Positions 8,908-18,241 of a DNA stretch of 64,000 bases are shown piece after piece. The notes beneath the pieces were generated by a model. That model searched no databases. It worked only from the letters and a program-made list of their open reading frames with translations, and was not told the origin of the DNA. The stretch comes from a virus (Duplodnaviria > Caudoviricetes). Numbering within the stretch: position 1 is the stretch's first letter; each line of letters starts with the position of its first letter. The translations under genes and the position numbers were made by a program. Location: the IMG/VR virus record IMGVR_UViG_3300038530_004289, positions 59,397 through 123,396 of that record; one strand, written 5' to 3'.

Positions 8908-10011
8908 TCAAATCAATGTAAGGAGTAATTGTGAAAAATCATCATCTCCCAACATCTGCATCTGATTCTCTTCAGTTTTAGTCCACTTGCCTGACTCTAA
9001 ATTCAAGAACCAAGTAATCTTTTCATAATTGAGGAACCTCAATTGTTCAGTTGCCATAAATGGCTTTCCGATAGGCCGAATCATTTCCCAAATCATTACG
9101 GATTTGGTGTTAGATTTTCTCTTGGCAGGGTAGGGAACTCTATGATGTTTCAATGTTGAACTACCTACCGTTTTCAAAGGCCGAGTTTCAAGAATTCTGA
9201 CATAGCCCTCATCAGGCTTGTATTCTTTCCACAGATAAACATCATCATTCGAGTCCAAGAGAATGTATCCTTCATCTCCACCTTTGAAGCCTTGTGGAAC
9301 CATTGTGTAAGGCCAATATCGAGTATCAGTTGCAGGAGGAACAACCTTTGCAGGAGGATTGAATTTGAAAGCGAAACCATACTTTGTTTGCGATAGCACA
9401 GTCGGTTTCAGACCCACATTTTTCAAGTATTGATGATATCTCCTTGCTCTTTTTTCGTCAATTACAATCACACCAATCCTTCCATCCGACAAAGGACTTA
9501 AATACTTGTAGGAATTTATCTCCATTTCCTCAAGGATTGATTGTAGTGGACTCAAACCATTGGCTTCAAATTCCTCTGAAGCATAGGGGGCAAATCTGCC
9601 TCTTGAATCTCTAATGGTGTGTTGTCCTCTCTTATCCACACCCACAAACCTTTTCCTTTCGTTGTCTTTACACACTACTTTGCTCCATTGACCTTCTCTT
9701 TCGATTCGGTCTTGAATGTGGTTGGCTATTTTCAAAGCAACTTCTTCGTTAGTGTTATCTGCTTTTGGAATCAAGATGCTTTGAATCATCCAATTTCCAT
9801 CTTTGGGTTTCGCCATTGTTATCATGCAATTGGGAACCCCGTAATATCGCTCCCCAATACTACTTGCCGATTTTTTTGCCCAACTTGGAGTAGTGTAATC
9901 ACCACCAACGAATAATTTGGGATTTCTAAATCTGACTCGATAAAAATTCTTCATCGGGTCTGCTTTGGTTGCGATTAAATCAACACAGAAATCTTCTGTT
10001 TCAATCGGCAT
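8908..10011 (-). CDS. Modular hypothetical protein (RDSRGRF motif, SEEFEA linker)
   Basis: 367-aa ORF; HTIRDSRGRFAPYASEEFEA separates N- and C-terminal parts. Confidence 0.7.
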   Translation of the reverse strand: MPIETEDFCVDLIATKADPMKNFYRVRFRNPKLFVGGDYTTPSWAKKSASSIGERYYGVPNCMITMAKPKDGNWMIQSILIPKADNTNEEVALKIANHIQDRIEREGQWSKVVCKDNERKRFVGVDKRGQHTIRDSRGRFAPYASEEFEANGLSPLQSILEEMEINSYKYLSPLSDGRIGVIVIDEKRARRYHQYLKNVGLKPTVLSQTKYGFAFKFNPPAKVVPPATDTRYWPYTMVPQGFKGGDEGYILLDSNDDVYLWKEYKPDEGYVRILETRPLKTVGSSTLKHHRVPYPAKRKSNTKSVMIWEMIRPIGKPFMATEQLRFLNYEKITWFLNLESGKWTKTEENQMQMLGDDDFSQLLLTLI

Positions 10012-10324
10012 CTTCGGTGTCCTCCCTGAGGTTGCTACAAACCTGCTCGAAGGACATTCTATGTTCGGAATCTTTGTTCACCGCTTGTCTGCGCCCAACG
10101 GTAGCATAGGCCGCACCTGCAACGAATGGAGCAATTACCATCCTGTAATCAAGGTTGCTTAATCCTGTAAAAACAACATAAAGTGCTGATGCAAAAACCG
10201 CACCCATCGCACCCTCATTGATTCGATTAGAAATTGCAGTCTTGTTCATTCCCTTGATGTAAGAATCAACACCACGCTCACACACAGATGCTATTTCTGC
10301 TTGAGATGCGGTATTCATGGTCAT
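10001..10324 (-). CDS. Small two-TM membrane protein
   Basis: Segments AMGAVFASALYVVFTGL and MVIAPFVAGAAYATV. Confidence 0.7.
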   Translation of the reverse strand: MTMNTASQAEIASVCERGVDSYIKGMNKTAISNRINEGAMGAVFASALYVVFTGLSNLDYRMVIAPFVAGAAYATVGRRQAVNKDSEHRMSFEQVCSNLREDTEDAD

Positions 10325-10337
10325 GGGGATTCACCCC

Positions 10338-10955
10338 TCAGAACTTGTGGATGAGGAAAGATTCTGCCCCAAATGCTCTGCCCGGTGTGGTTCCAATGTT
10401 TCCAACGATTGAAGAAGTCGAAGATAGAAGACCACCCAAATCTGCATTCCTTACAGGAGGTGCAACAGGCTTTGCTTCAAGGAAAACTTGGCTTGTGGGA
10501 CCAATCATGGCATTGTAGTTTGGCATATTTGGTCTGTTAGCCTTTGGAATAACGGTCTTGTCAAAGACAGGAACTTGCTTTGCAGTAGGAGTAATCTTTA
10601 CTTGTGGTGCTTGACCCAATGTTCTCGGATTGGTTGGTCTGTAAGCCATCTGTTCTGCCTCAAATCTTGGGTCGCCACCAAAGGATTCTTGAACGCTTCG
10701 GTTGAAAGCGAGGGTTGGAATGAAGTTTTCTGCACCAATCTTAGCATCAGGAACTACCACCTTAGGCATACTTGGCATGAAATCTCCTGAAGGTCGAGGA
10801 CCGACAGGAACAATTGCATTCATAGTTGCGTTATGTGCAGGAAGAGTTTCCGATGCAAGATTAAACGAAGGGAATTGTGGCATATTTGGTTGCGGAGGCA
10901 ACTTAGGCAATACAGTATTTCCAATTTGTCTTGTAGGCTCGAACATTATTTTCAC
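10338..10955 (-). CDS. Pro-rich, probably disordered protein with GAE/EAE motifs
   Basis: IGAENF, RFEAEQ, AFGAESF; class A box at 10982-10990; start may be ATG 10946 behind GGTGA. Confidence 0.7.
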   Translation of the reverse strand: MKIMFEPTRQIGNTVLPKLPPQPNMPQFPSFNLASETLPAHNATMNAIVPVGPRPSGDFMPSMPKVVVPDAKIGAENFIPTLAFNRSVQESFGGDPRFEAEQMAYRPTNPRTLGQAPQVKITPTAKQVPVFDKTVIPKANRPNMPNYNAMIGPTSQVFLEAKPVAPPVRNADLGGLLSSTSSIVGNIGTTPGRAFGAESFLIHKF

Positions 10956-10981
10956 CTTCTAAACTCATGTTTAATCGTTCT

Positions 10982-10990
10982 GATACTTAA
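10982..10990 (-). promoter_or_regulatory. TTAAGTATC promoter box (class A)
   Basis: Exact motif in the intergenic gap. Confidence 0.75.
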
Positions 10991-10999
10991 GGTTGTTGG

Positions 11000-12301
11000 T
11001 CATACCCTCCGACCAATAGACCTGAGAATTGTGTAAAGACCACCTGAAATCAAACTTACTGCGGCTATCATCTTGAATCCTGAATTCGATTTAGAAGTTG
11101 AGATTTTCCGTTGAGGAACAATTGATTCAAAGACCGATTCCTCTTCTGCAAACGAAGGCATATCATATTTCTTAGGAACATACTCAAATACATCGCCAAC
11201 TCTTGAATCTCCACCCATCGTTTCATGTGAGTAAGAGTCATCATTTTGGAATGCACCGTAATCATCCAATCCATCATCAAATCCACTAATTTCTCTTGTT
11301 AATCCATAATCTGAACTGCTGAATGGTTGTGTATCATATTGCACAACAGGAGCATCCATTGAAAATTTGCTTTTCACTTCAATGTTGGACCCTTTGTGTT
11401 CGGTTCTTCTTGGAGTGTCAATTTTTCCTACAACCACATATCCTTCATCTTTGAAGAATTCAGGAGAATACACAACTGCCTCACCCGGAGATGAATAAGT
11501 AATTCCCGAAAGAATCTTTTTGATGTTGTCTTTATCAGTTCCAAATGAAAGTTGCTCTTTGAGGGCATCAAGGTCTTTTGTGTTGATGATGTTGTGAACG
11601 ATATAAACCGATGCTTGGCTGAGTGCTTCTTTATTGACTGCGGCAGGTCTTTGGCTGATAAGTGCCACACCATATCCTGATGCCCTTCCCAACTTACACA
11701 ACCTTACGATAGAGGCGAAGGAGTTTGGTCTGCCGACTTGGGGAACGAAATCTTGAACTTCTTCAAAAAGGGTCATCAACCCTCTGCCACCCATATCGGT
11801 TTCAAGCAAAGCCTCGCAATAATCTGATATCATTTCTTGTTGGGTTTGAAGTGGAACTTGCGAAAGGTTGATAATCAATGACTTTCTCGAAGCCTTCAAT
11901 TTCTCAATCAATTTTCTCATATTGACTGATTCACCGACCTTTGGCTCGATTCTTTCCACACCCATCAGGTCATTCAAGTGGCCGTGAGCATCAAGAGCAT
12001 CAAAGCAAACAAACTGAAGACCAAGCCTTTCAAACTCTTCCATCAAAACTGCGGCAGTATAGGACTTACCTGAACCTCTTTTCCCACTTATGAACATAAC
12101 TTGATACAAGATTTTCAATGGAAAATTAATCCTTTTCCCTAATGAAACATTTTCATTCTTATCCACTTCAGGAACGGGGCTTGAGCCACCCGCATTAAGA
12201 ATCTCTTCCAATTCGGGACCGCCTGTTTGAACGCCCCAATCGTTCTCACCATCTGAGTCCATAACTTCAGTTTGGGGGTTTTGAATGTTAAATCTTCTCA
12301 T
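11000..12301 (-). CDS. HerA/FtsK-superfamily (DUF87-like) P-loop ATPase with C-terminal membrane anchor
   Basis: Walker A GKRGSGKS, Walker B LFEEVQDF, Arg finger LGRASG, ISQRP motif; ends MIAAVSLISGGLYTILRSIGRRV. Confidence 0.85.
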   Translation of the reverse strand: MRRFNIQNPQTEVMDSDGENDWGVQTGGPELEEILNAGGSSPVPEVDKNENVSLGKRINFPLKILYQVMFISGKRGSGKSYTAAVLMEEFERLGLQFVCFDALDAHGHLNDLMGVERIEPKVGESVNMRKLIEKLKASRKSLIINLSQVPLQTQQEMISDYCEALLETDMGGRGLMTLFEEVQDFVPQVGRPNSFASIVRLCKLGRASGYGVALISQRPAAVNKEALSQASVYIVHNIINTKDLDALKEQLSFGTDKDNIKKILSGITYSSPGEAVVYSPEFFKDEGYVVVGKIDTPRRTEHKGSNIEVKSKFSMDAPVVQYDTQPFSSSDYGLTREISGFDDGLDDYGAFQNDDSYSHETMGGDSRVGDVFEYVPKKYDMPSFAEEESVFESIVPQRKISTSKSNSGFKMIAAVSLISGGLYTILRSIGRRV

Positions 12302-12699
12302 TGAATGCCGTATCTTTCTGCCATCAATCTTCGCAAATGTGCATAAACTCTTTCAAACCAAAGTGTGTGCCTAACCATCAATCTTACGAGTAAATTGAAT
12401 TCTCGATAATCGTTTCGATACAAACTTAATTCTTCAATAAAATCGGTGAATGGAGCCGAAAGCCACACCCGCATTCCTTTTTCCGATAGAGACTGATTGA
12501 ATTCTTCATCCCAAAGCAACCTTTTTATCAAGTCTGAAGAATCATTACCTCCCATATCAAGGTCAGGAACATAGTAAGGATTCAGCCTGATAAATTGTTC
12601 AATCATTTGAATGTAAGATTCAATGTGGCGGTTTCTGAAAAAATCCAATAGGTAGGGCATCCTATGAGACACAAAAGCCCGCCAAACAGGGTTCCCCAT
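12298..12699 (-). CDS. Hypothetical protein
   Basis: Start moved to MGNPVW at 12699 (GAGGTG SD); stop overlaps the ATPase start. Confidence 0.65.
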   Translation of the reverse strand: MGNPVWRAFVSHRMPYLLDFFRNRHIESYIQMIEQFIRLNPYYVPDLDMGGNDSSDLIKRLLWDEEFNQSLSEKGMRVWLSAPFTDFIEELSLYRNDYREFNLLVRLMVRHTLWFERVYAHLRRLMAERYGIQ

Positions 12700-12709
12700 A
12701 TTTCCCACC

Positions 12710-13624
12710 TCAATTTTCTTCTTCGGAAATTTCTTCAAAGGAATCATCATCCGATTCAAACTCAAGTGAATAAATCGAATCCATATCCACATCACCAATC
12801 AAAGAATCGCTTTCATGGATGCGGAAATCAACTGATTCAAGATGTTCTCCAATCGCTTCATTGGTATTTTCAGATTGATTATCATTGTTGGTAGGGTTGT
12901 TAAGGTCTTCAGTCTTCATTCCGATTTCTGCGGCAAGGTCATCAAGTGTAGGAAGTCCAACAATTACAGGCTTTTCTCCTGCGCTTCCAAATGAGGGAAG
13001 TTTTTTGTTGGCATCTTTCGCCATGTAAGTTTTGCGAGCCTCAGGCATTTGGCTTATTCTTCTTTCCTCAGGATTTTGAACACCCATTACTGCCCACCAA
13101 TCAACTTCATTCAAATTCATATTAATCGAACTCAGGTTTTCGCCATTTGGTCCCAACACAGGTGCGGGAGCAGGAGGCGGAGTTTCTTCTTTGGATTCAC
13201 TTACGAATAAGTCAGAGAAATCACCATCCATCTCATTGTTTTTCAACCTTTCAAGGAATTCTTTGTCTTCTGCCTTTAGGTTGTTCCTTTGTCCTGAGAT
13301 GTATTCTGCAAGACCCTTAATCACAGGAGCAACATCACCGAGCAAAGAAAACAAACCCATCCCTGCTTGTGCAGTATTGGATTCACCTATTGAATCTGCA
13401 ATCCCATATTTATCCAAAAGTCCCGCCAATGGAACGAGAACCTTTTCTTTAATTTCAGGATTCATGTTGTTGGAAATTCCATCTAAATTCAAACCCTCAA
13501 TCAATTCCAAAATCGAAGTTGAACTCGGAGGGTCATGTCTTACCTCTTTTCGGGGTCTGAAAGATTCTGCGTCTGATTTTACTCTCGAAGAACCTCTTTC
13601 AATTACATCATCAAATCCTGACAT
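12710..13624 (-). CDS. Acidic hypothetical protein
   Basis: 304-aa ORF; TTAAATACA box 29 nt upstream. Confidence 0.7.
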   Translation of the reverse strand: MSGFDDVIERGSSRVKSDAESFRPRKEVRHDPPSSTSILELIEGLNLDGISNNMNPEIKEKVLVPLAGLLDKYGIADSIGESNTAQAGMGLFSLLGDVAPVIKGLAEYISGQRNNLKAEDKEFLERLKNNEMDGDFSDLFVSESKEETPPPAPAPVLGPNGENLSSINMNLNEVDWWAVMGVQNPEERRISQMPEARKTYMAKDANKKLPSFGSAGEKPVIVGLPTLDDLAAEIGMKTEDLNNPTNNDNQSENTNEAIGEHLESVDFRIHESDSLIGDVDMDSIYSLEFESDDDSFEEISEEEN

Positions 13625-13649
13625 ACTTCAGCATTATGCTTTCATGTAT

Positions 13650-13853
13650 TTAAGCCTTGTGCAAAGTATAGTCCTTGATTCCACCTGCAAGAAGGTTACT
13701 TCCGATGTTAATCAAAAGAACTCCTGAGATAACACCAACTGCATACCTCAATCCTTCATCGCTTCGACTAATGAAAATCTTGTTCAGGTGGTAGGCCGAT
13801 AAAGTGATTCCCGTTCCAACCATGATTAAGCCGATGAGGGTGGAATTAATCAA
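13650..13853 (-). CDS. Small two-TM membrane protein
   Basis: Two hydrophobic helices; start overlaps the upstream stop. Confidence 0.65.
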   Translation of the reverse strand: MINSTLIGLIMVGTGITLSAYHLNKIFISRSDEGLRYAVGVISGVLLINIGSNLLAGGIKDYTLHKA

Positions 13854-14485
13854 TACTTCACCCCGTTCATGCTATTGTAATGTTGCATCATCTGTTGTTC
13901 AAAAGTCATGGGGTTGCTTAATTGCTCAGTCTTCTTTTCAACTTTCTTAATTGCTTCTTCTGCATCCCTTACAGTATTCTTCAGAGCATTAATTTCTTCA
14001 TTCAACTTGTCAATTTTTTGTTTGTTGATGAGATAGACCACAACACCGCCCGTCAATGCACCTACCATGAAAGTAGTAATTTTTCCGCCAATCGGAAAAC
14101 CTGCGGAAGCAAGAACTTCATCAGACCCTTTGTTTAATCTCTTCTGCAACTCATCAAGTAATGGCGTGATTTCCTCATCTTCGGCTCTTTGTTCCAATGC
14201 TCCAAGCAATTGACCATCAGAAAGTTTCTGCACATTGACTTCAGCCGAAACGGATACAGTATCCTCTGCACTAAACACTTGCATAGGAGGCTCAATGACT
14301 ACTTCAGAGAGTTTCTTAAATCCTCTGATACCCTTGCCTCGAACACAAAGGAGGTATTTTCCTTCACCGTAAATCCGAGCAAAGTTGTGAAAGTCATCAT
14401 CATTCATCGGAAGTTCTGAAGACCAAATATCGGTTGTCCCGCTATTCTTGGTTCCCTTCAAAAACCGCCTAACGAAATACACCAT
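13850..14485 (-). CDS. Single-TM coiled-coil protein
   Basis: Start MVYF at 14485, 29 nt from TTAAGTATC (14506-14514); TM ITTFMVGALTGGVVVYLI followed by heptad repeats; FSAED. Confidence 0.7.
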   Translation of the reverse strand: MVYFVRRFLKGTKNSGTTDIWSSELPMNDDDFHNFARIYGEGKYLLCVRGKGIRGFKKLSEVVIEPPMQVFSAEDTVSVSAEVNVQKLSDGQLLGALEQRAEDEEITPLLDELQKRLNKGSDEVLASAGFPIGGKITTFMVGALTGGVVVYLINKQKIDKLNEEINALKNTVRDAEEAIKKVEKKTEQLSNPMTFEQQMMQHYNSMNGVKY

Positions 14486-14523
14486 ACCTATCAAGCCACA
14501 CATCAGATACTTAAAGTTTGCTC

Positions 14524-14943
14524 CTAAACCCAAATCTTTGAAAGTTGCTCATAAAGTTCATCAGTTTGTTCTGCCTCTTGTTCTGAAATCAACTCCATAG
14601 TTTTAACGATGTGTTGCTTCTTCAAATCTCTCATCCTTTCATAGAAGTCTCGGCCTTTAGCCCGTTCTTCAAACCCTTTTTGGTGCAAGTATTCTTCAAA
14701 TGTAAGTAAATTCAGTCTCCACCTAATCCCTGCCCTTCGGTCAGAACTTTGGCGATGTTGAAACATCGGTCTGTTTCTCAATATGCCTACAACCTCTCGA
14801 CTTGTATATCGTCTTGGATTGGCATCAACAATGTGGTATGAAATTTCATTGGAAAAAGCATAACCATCCTTAGTCAAAAGATAGTCCACAATGTCAAAAA
14901 CAAGGGCTTCAGTTAGGGGGAAGCCTGAATTACTCTTCTTCAT
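14524..14943 (-). CDS. Putative winged-helix DNA-binding protein
   Basis: DIVDYLL...FSNEISYHI...TSREVVGILR pattern; start MKKS at 14943. Confidence 0.5.
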   Translation of the reverse strand: MKKSNSGFPLTEALVFDIVDYLLTKDGYAFSNEISYHIVDANPRRYTSREVVGILRNRPMFQHRQSSDRRAGIRWRLNLLTFEEYLHQKGFEERAKGRDFYERMRDLKKQHIVKTMELISEQEAEQTDELYEQLSKIWV

Positions 14944-15361
14944 GGGGTGAATCCTCCGATTCATTATCCCCCGCCAAGTCAATGCCGAGTGCTTCACTCG
15001 CAATCGCATCAACATCTTTCGCATATTGCTCCTTTGCCTCTTCGATTGTCATTCCTTGAGACTTGTAATTCAACAAAATCTCCTTTCGGTTATTTTCCAT
15101 TTCCATCAACTTGAAAAGAGCCTTTGTTTCATCAGGAAGTTCAACTTCCTCAAAAGGCTTACTGAAAATTTCTTCAACCTCTCTCTTAAGAGTCAAAGGA
15201 GATACAGTAGTAACTTGATTGTATTCCTCAAGTTCATCATCAAGGTATTCACCTGTAATTCCCGTATCCTGACTTCTTTCAATGTATTCATCAGCGAATT
15301 CTCTCGTAATGTAAATTCCTAATCTCGGCCAAAATCTTACTTCATCTGTTTGTTGAGTCAT
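14930..15361 (-). CDS. Acidic hypothetical protein
   Basis: ATG 15361 with GTGAGG SD and TTAAGTAGG box 40 nt upstream. Confidence 0.65.
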   Translation of the reverse strand: MTQQTDEVRFWPRLGIYITREFADEYIERSQDTGITGEYLDDELEEYNQVTTVSPLTLKREVEEIFSKPFEEVELPDETKALFKLMEMENNRKEILLNYKSQGMTIEEAKEQYAKDVDAIASEALGIDLAGDNESEDSPHEEE

Positions 15362-15377
15362 TTCCCTCACTTACCCA

Positions 15378-15776
15378 TCAATTATCCGAAAACCTACTTA
15401 AATGATTCGGTGGTTTCCACTTTTGCCATTGTCCCGACTCTTTTCCATTTTTAACTGAGAAAATTCTTGAAGTCCTTAGACCAACTTCTTTCCTGTATGA
15501 GTCAGAAATCCGCCTACCCCGACACTCAAGTTTAATTTTGTTCCGATATTCCATCTGCTCATCAACAGACATAAGAATCGGCATAAGTGAAGGAACTCCT
15601 GTGAGTTTAGCAATTACCAAATGAGCAATCATAACATGAAGTCCATCACCCGAACTTGATTTTCGATACCAAACCGATTCCGACCCAAACTCTTCAGAAA
15701 GCCAATTCATGAGTTCAATCACCTCTGAATCCTCAATGGAAATATCATCTAAATCCAAGGTAAGTCCACAATTCAT
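15378..15776 (-). CDS. Small archaeo-eukaryotic primase (AEP)-superfamily-like protein
   Basis: LTLDLDD (DxD) and SSSGDGLH motifs. Confidence 0.5.
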   Translation of the reverse strand: MNCGLTLDLDDISIEDSEVIELMNWLSEEFGSESVWYRKSSSGDGLHVMIAHLVIAKLTGVPSLMPILMSVDEQMEYRNKIKLECRGRRISDSYRKEVGLRTSRIFSVKNGKESGQWQKWKPPNHLSRFSDN

Positions 15777-15796
15777 GATGCTCCCACCAACTACAC

Positions 15797-15943
15797 TCAT
15801 TTAAGGTTTTCACCCCTCTTGTGATGCTCCACAAGCAACAGAGTTAGTTTCTTATTTCTGTCTAAAACCCACCAAACGAAGAAAACCTGAAGAATACCAT
15901 TGAATGCCAAATATAGCAAGAGCAGAAAAAACATCCACTCCAT
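15797..15943 (-). CDS. 48-aa single-TM microprotein (not in ORF track)
   Basis: MEWMFFLLLLYLAFNGILQVFFVWWVLDRNKK...; starts 2 nt after the Get3-like stop. Confidence 0.55.
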   Translation of the reverse strand: MEWMFFLLLLYLAFNGILQVFFVWWVLDRNKKLTLLLVEHHKRGENLK

Positions 15944-15945
15944 AA

Positions 15946-17124
15946 TCAGACCTCAAAAGAATAAGTTGCTCCTGTTGCAGTTTTCTGCTTCCTCTTAACT
16001 TTCATGACTTTCAATTCAGGGAACCTATCAAAAATGGGCTTCTTCAAACAACCATCAACGATGTAGCCGTCTTCAAATAGTTCCACCTTATCCGAATATG
16101 GGAACTGAAGTTTCAACTTCATTTGCTCCCCATCTGATTCTGAAAGTTCGGTGGCAAATTCAGGGCTAAAGTCAAAATTATCTCCTGAGAATAGAATCTT
16201 GGCAAACTCACCCAACTTCTCAGCCTTTGGCTCAAACGGCAATCGGGATACACCAACCAATGAAATATCCTCACCACTCGTTAGGTTCCTATATTGAGCG
16301 ATGTAAGGTTGTTGTAAATCGTATTCCATCTTGAGCAACGCTACTGCCTTGTTGCGTTTGGCATCTTTCCATGTTTCTTCTCCGAAGTTTGGAATTAGGC
16401 CATTCACAATGATGTTTGAAACTTGGAATCCTTGAGCCTTCAAGAATTGAACAGTTCTTCTTGACTCTTGATATGCCGCCTCAGTTGGAATCGAAACAAG
16501 ATTGATGGAAACGAATTCTTGATTTCGGAGCAACTTCTTGATATTTTCAAGTTTGGATGTCATGTCTTCAACGATATCTGCAATCTTTGATGTATCGCTT
16601 GGCTTCAACAAGAACGATTTCATTCTTTCAATCTTAGCCTTCATTCTTAAGATTCTCAACAAAAATCCATTCATGGCTTCGGGAGTGGTGAGTGCCTTCA
16701 GAGTATGTCCTGTGGGTGCAGTATCAAAAACTACTACATCGTAATCTATTCCTTGAGTCAATGATTGAATTTCCTCAAGGGCAAAAACTTCATCCATGCC
16801 GGGGAAATTCGCCCAATCACTCAACATCTCAGAATCAAAAACAGGTATTGCTTTTGAAAATGAATTACTCATCGCATCTTGAAGTTCTGTGAAGAATGCC
16901 CTTGCCTGTTGTTGCGAATTCAAATTCTTCGCCCATAAATTTTCTTTGATAGGTGTAGGTGTGAATCCGACCTCAACTCCAAGAACATCTTGCGTGGAGT
17001 GTGCAGGGTCGCTTGAAACCAAAATAGTTCGATATCCTTGATTTGAATAATGTAAAGCGACTGCCGCAGAAGTTGTTGATTTTCCTACGCCACCCTTGCC
17101 TGTAAGCATTACAAGTTTAGCCAT
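15946..17124 (-). CDS. ArsA/Get3 (TRC40)-family ATPase, single ATPase domain, probable C-terminal HSP20-like extension
   Basis: GKGGVGKST, SDPAHS, PGMDE, DTAPTGHT; only one Cys in the protein; start 17124 is 29 nt from TTAAATACC. Confidence 0.9.
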   Translation of the reverse strand: MAKLVMLTGKGGVGKSTTSAAVALHYSNQGYRTILVSSDPAHSTQDVLGVEVGFTPTPIKENLWAKNLNSQQQARAFFTELQDAMSNSFSKAIPVFDSEMLSDWANFPGMDEVFALEEIQSLTQGIDYDVVVFDTAPTGHTLKALTTPEAMNGFLLRILRMKAKIERMKSFLLKPSDTSKIADIVEDMTSKLENIKKLLRNQEFVSINLVSIPTEAAYQESRRTVQFLKAQGFQVSNIIVNGLIPNFGEETWKDAKRNKAVALLKMEYDLQQPYIAQYRNLTSGEDISLVGVSRLPFEPKAEKLGEFAKILFSGDNFDFSPEFATELSESDGEQMKLKLQFPYSDKVELFEDGYIVDGCLKKPIFDRFPELKVMKVKRKQKTATGATYSFEV

Positions 17125-17173
17125 ACTGCCGATAACGCCAAACAGGTATTTAACGGTTTCCTTGAATTTCAAA

Positions 17174-18232
17174 TCAATCTCGAAGATTTCTGATTACTCT
17201 TGAAACCTTTCCAATGATACTTCGTTTTCTTTTTCGTATCTCTCTAAGTTGATTTGGGGAAAGTAGGGTTTCGCTCCCTCCGCTTGTCTCACCCATCGGT
17301 GGAGGAACGATGGAGGCTTCTTCCCAATTCAGACCTTTTGTTTTGGCTCCCCTGAAATCAGTTTCTATGAGGATTGTTTCACCATCAATAACTGCATTTT
17401 CCAAGTTCGCCCCACCGAGTTTTGCTCCCTTCAAATTCGCACCCGAAAGCAAAGCACCCGAAAGATTTGCACCCCTCAGGTCGCAGAAAGTCAATTTTGC
17501 ATCCCTCAAGTCGGCTCCTGCAAGATTAGCCCCTCTGAGGTCTGAGGACTCGAAAAAACAATTCCACAAATTTGATTTGCTCAAGTTTGCACCTCTCATA
17601 TCACAACTTCCAAATTCAGATTCACCTGTGCCTCTCAGGTTTGAAAAATTGGTGTTTTGAAGATTACAATCTGTGAAATATGAGAAACCAATTGCTCCCC
17701 TATTTTCGTTTGGAATATCCTTTCTGAAAATCTTCACTCGATTATTTTCCTGTCTTTGCATACTTGTGAAATGAGATGACGAATTGACACAATTAGAAAA
17801 ATCCACCCCTTCCAAATCGCATTCAGTAAATCCTGTATTGTAAAGAGTTGCTTCAAACAAACTTGCCCCCTGCAAATCTGACTTCCTAAATGTGGTTTCG
17901 TTCAAATTAGTATTTTCAAAGTTGGCATTTTGTAGGTTGCATTTCTTGAATTTCACTTTAACCAAATTACTTCCATTGAAGTTTGCATATTCCATGTTGC
18001 TTTTTTTGATTGTGTTGTTGTAAAAATTAGATTCCACCATGTCAGCCCCATAAAGGTTGCGATTACTCAACAAACTTATTCCGATGTTGTCTCTTGTTAA
18101 TTCAAACCCTGAAAGGTTGGCATACTGAATTTTTTTGAGTGCTGAGGGAGTTAGGTATGAATCCATCATCGTTTGAAGAATTTCATTCAAGTCAAGGGGA
18201 AAATAATTGTATGAGAAAATCGGTTTCTTCAT
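17174..18232 (-). CDS. Pentapeptide-repeat protein
   Basis: Many A(N/D)Lxx repeats (SDLRGANLAGADLRDAKL...). Confidence 0.9.
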   Translation of the reverse strand: MKKPIFSYNYFPLDLNEILQTMMDSYLTPSALKKIQYANLSGFELTRDNIGISLLSNRNLYGADMVESNFYNNTIKKSNMEYANFNGSNLVKVKFKKCNLQNANFENTNLNETTFRKSDLQGASLFEATLYNTGFTECDLEGVDFSNCVNSSSHFTSMQRQENNRVKIFRKDIPNENRGAIGFSYFTDCNLQNTNFSNLRGTGESEFGSCDMRGANLSKSNLWNCFFESSDLRGANLAGADLRDAKLTFCDLRGANLSGALLSGANLKGAKLGGANLENAVIDGETILIETDFRGAKTKGLNWEEASIVPPPMGETSGGSETLLSPNQLREIRKRKRSIIGKVSRVIRNLRD

Positions 18233-18241
18233 GGAATCCCC

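Noticed and set aside
15946-17124. Arsenic-resistance ArsA
   Set aside because: Single ATPase domain, only one Cys, and no ars operon genes in the window
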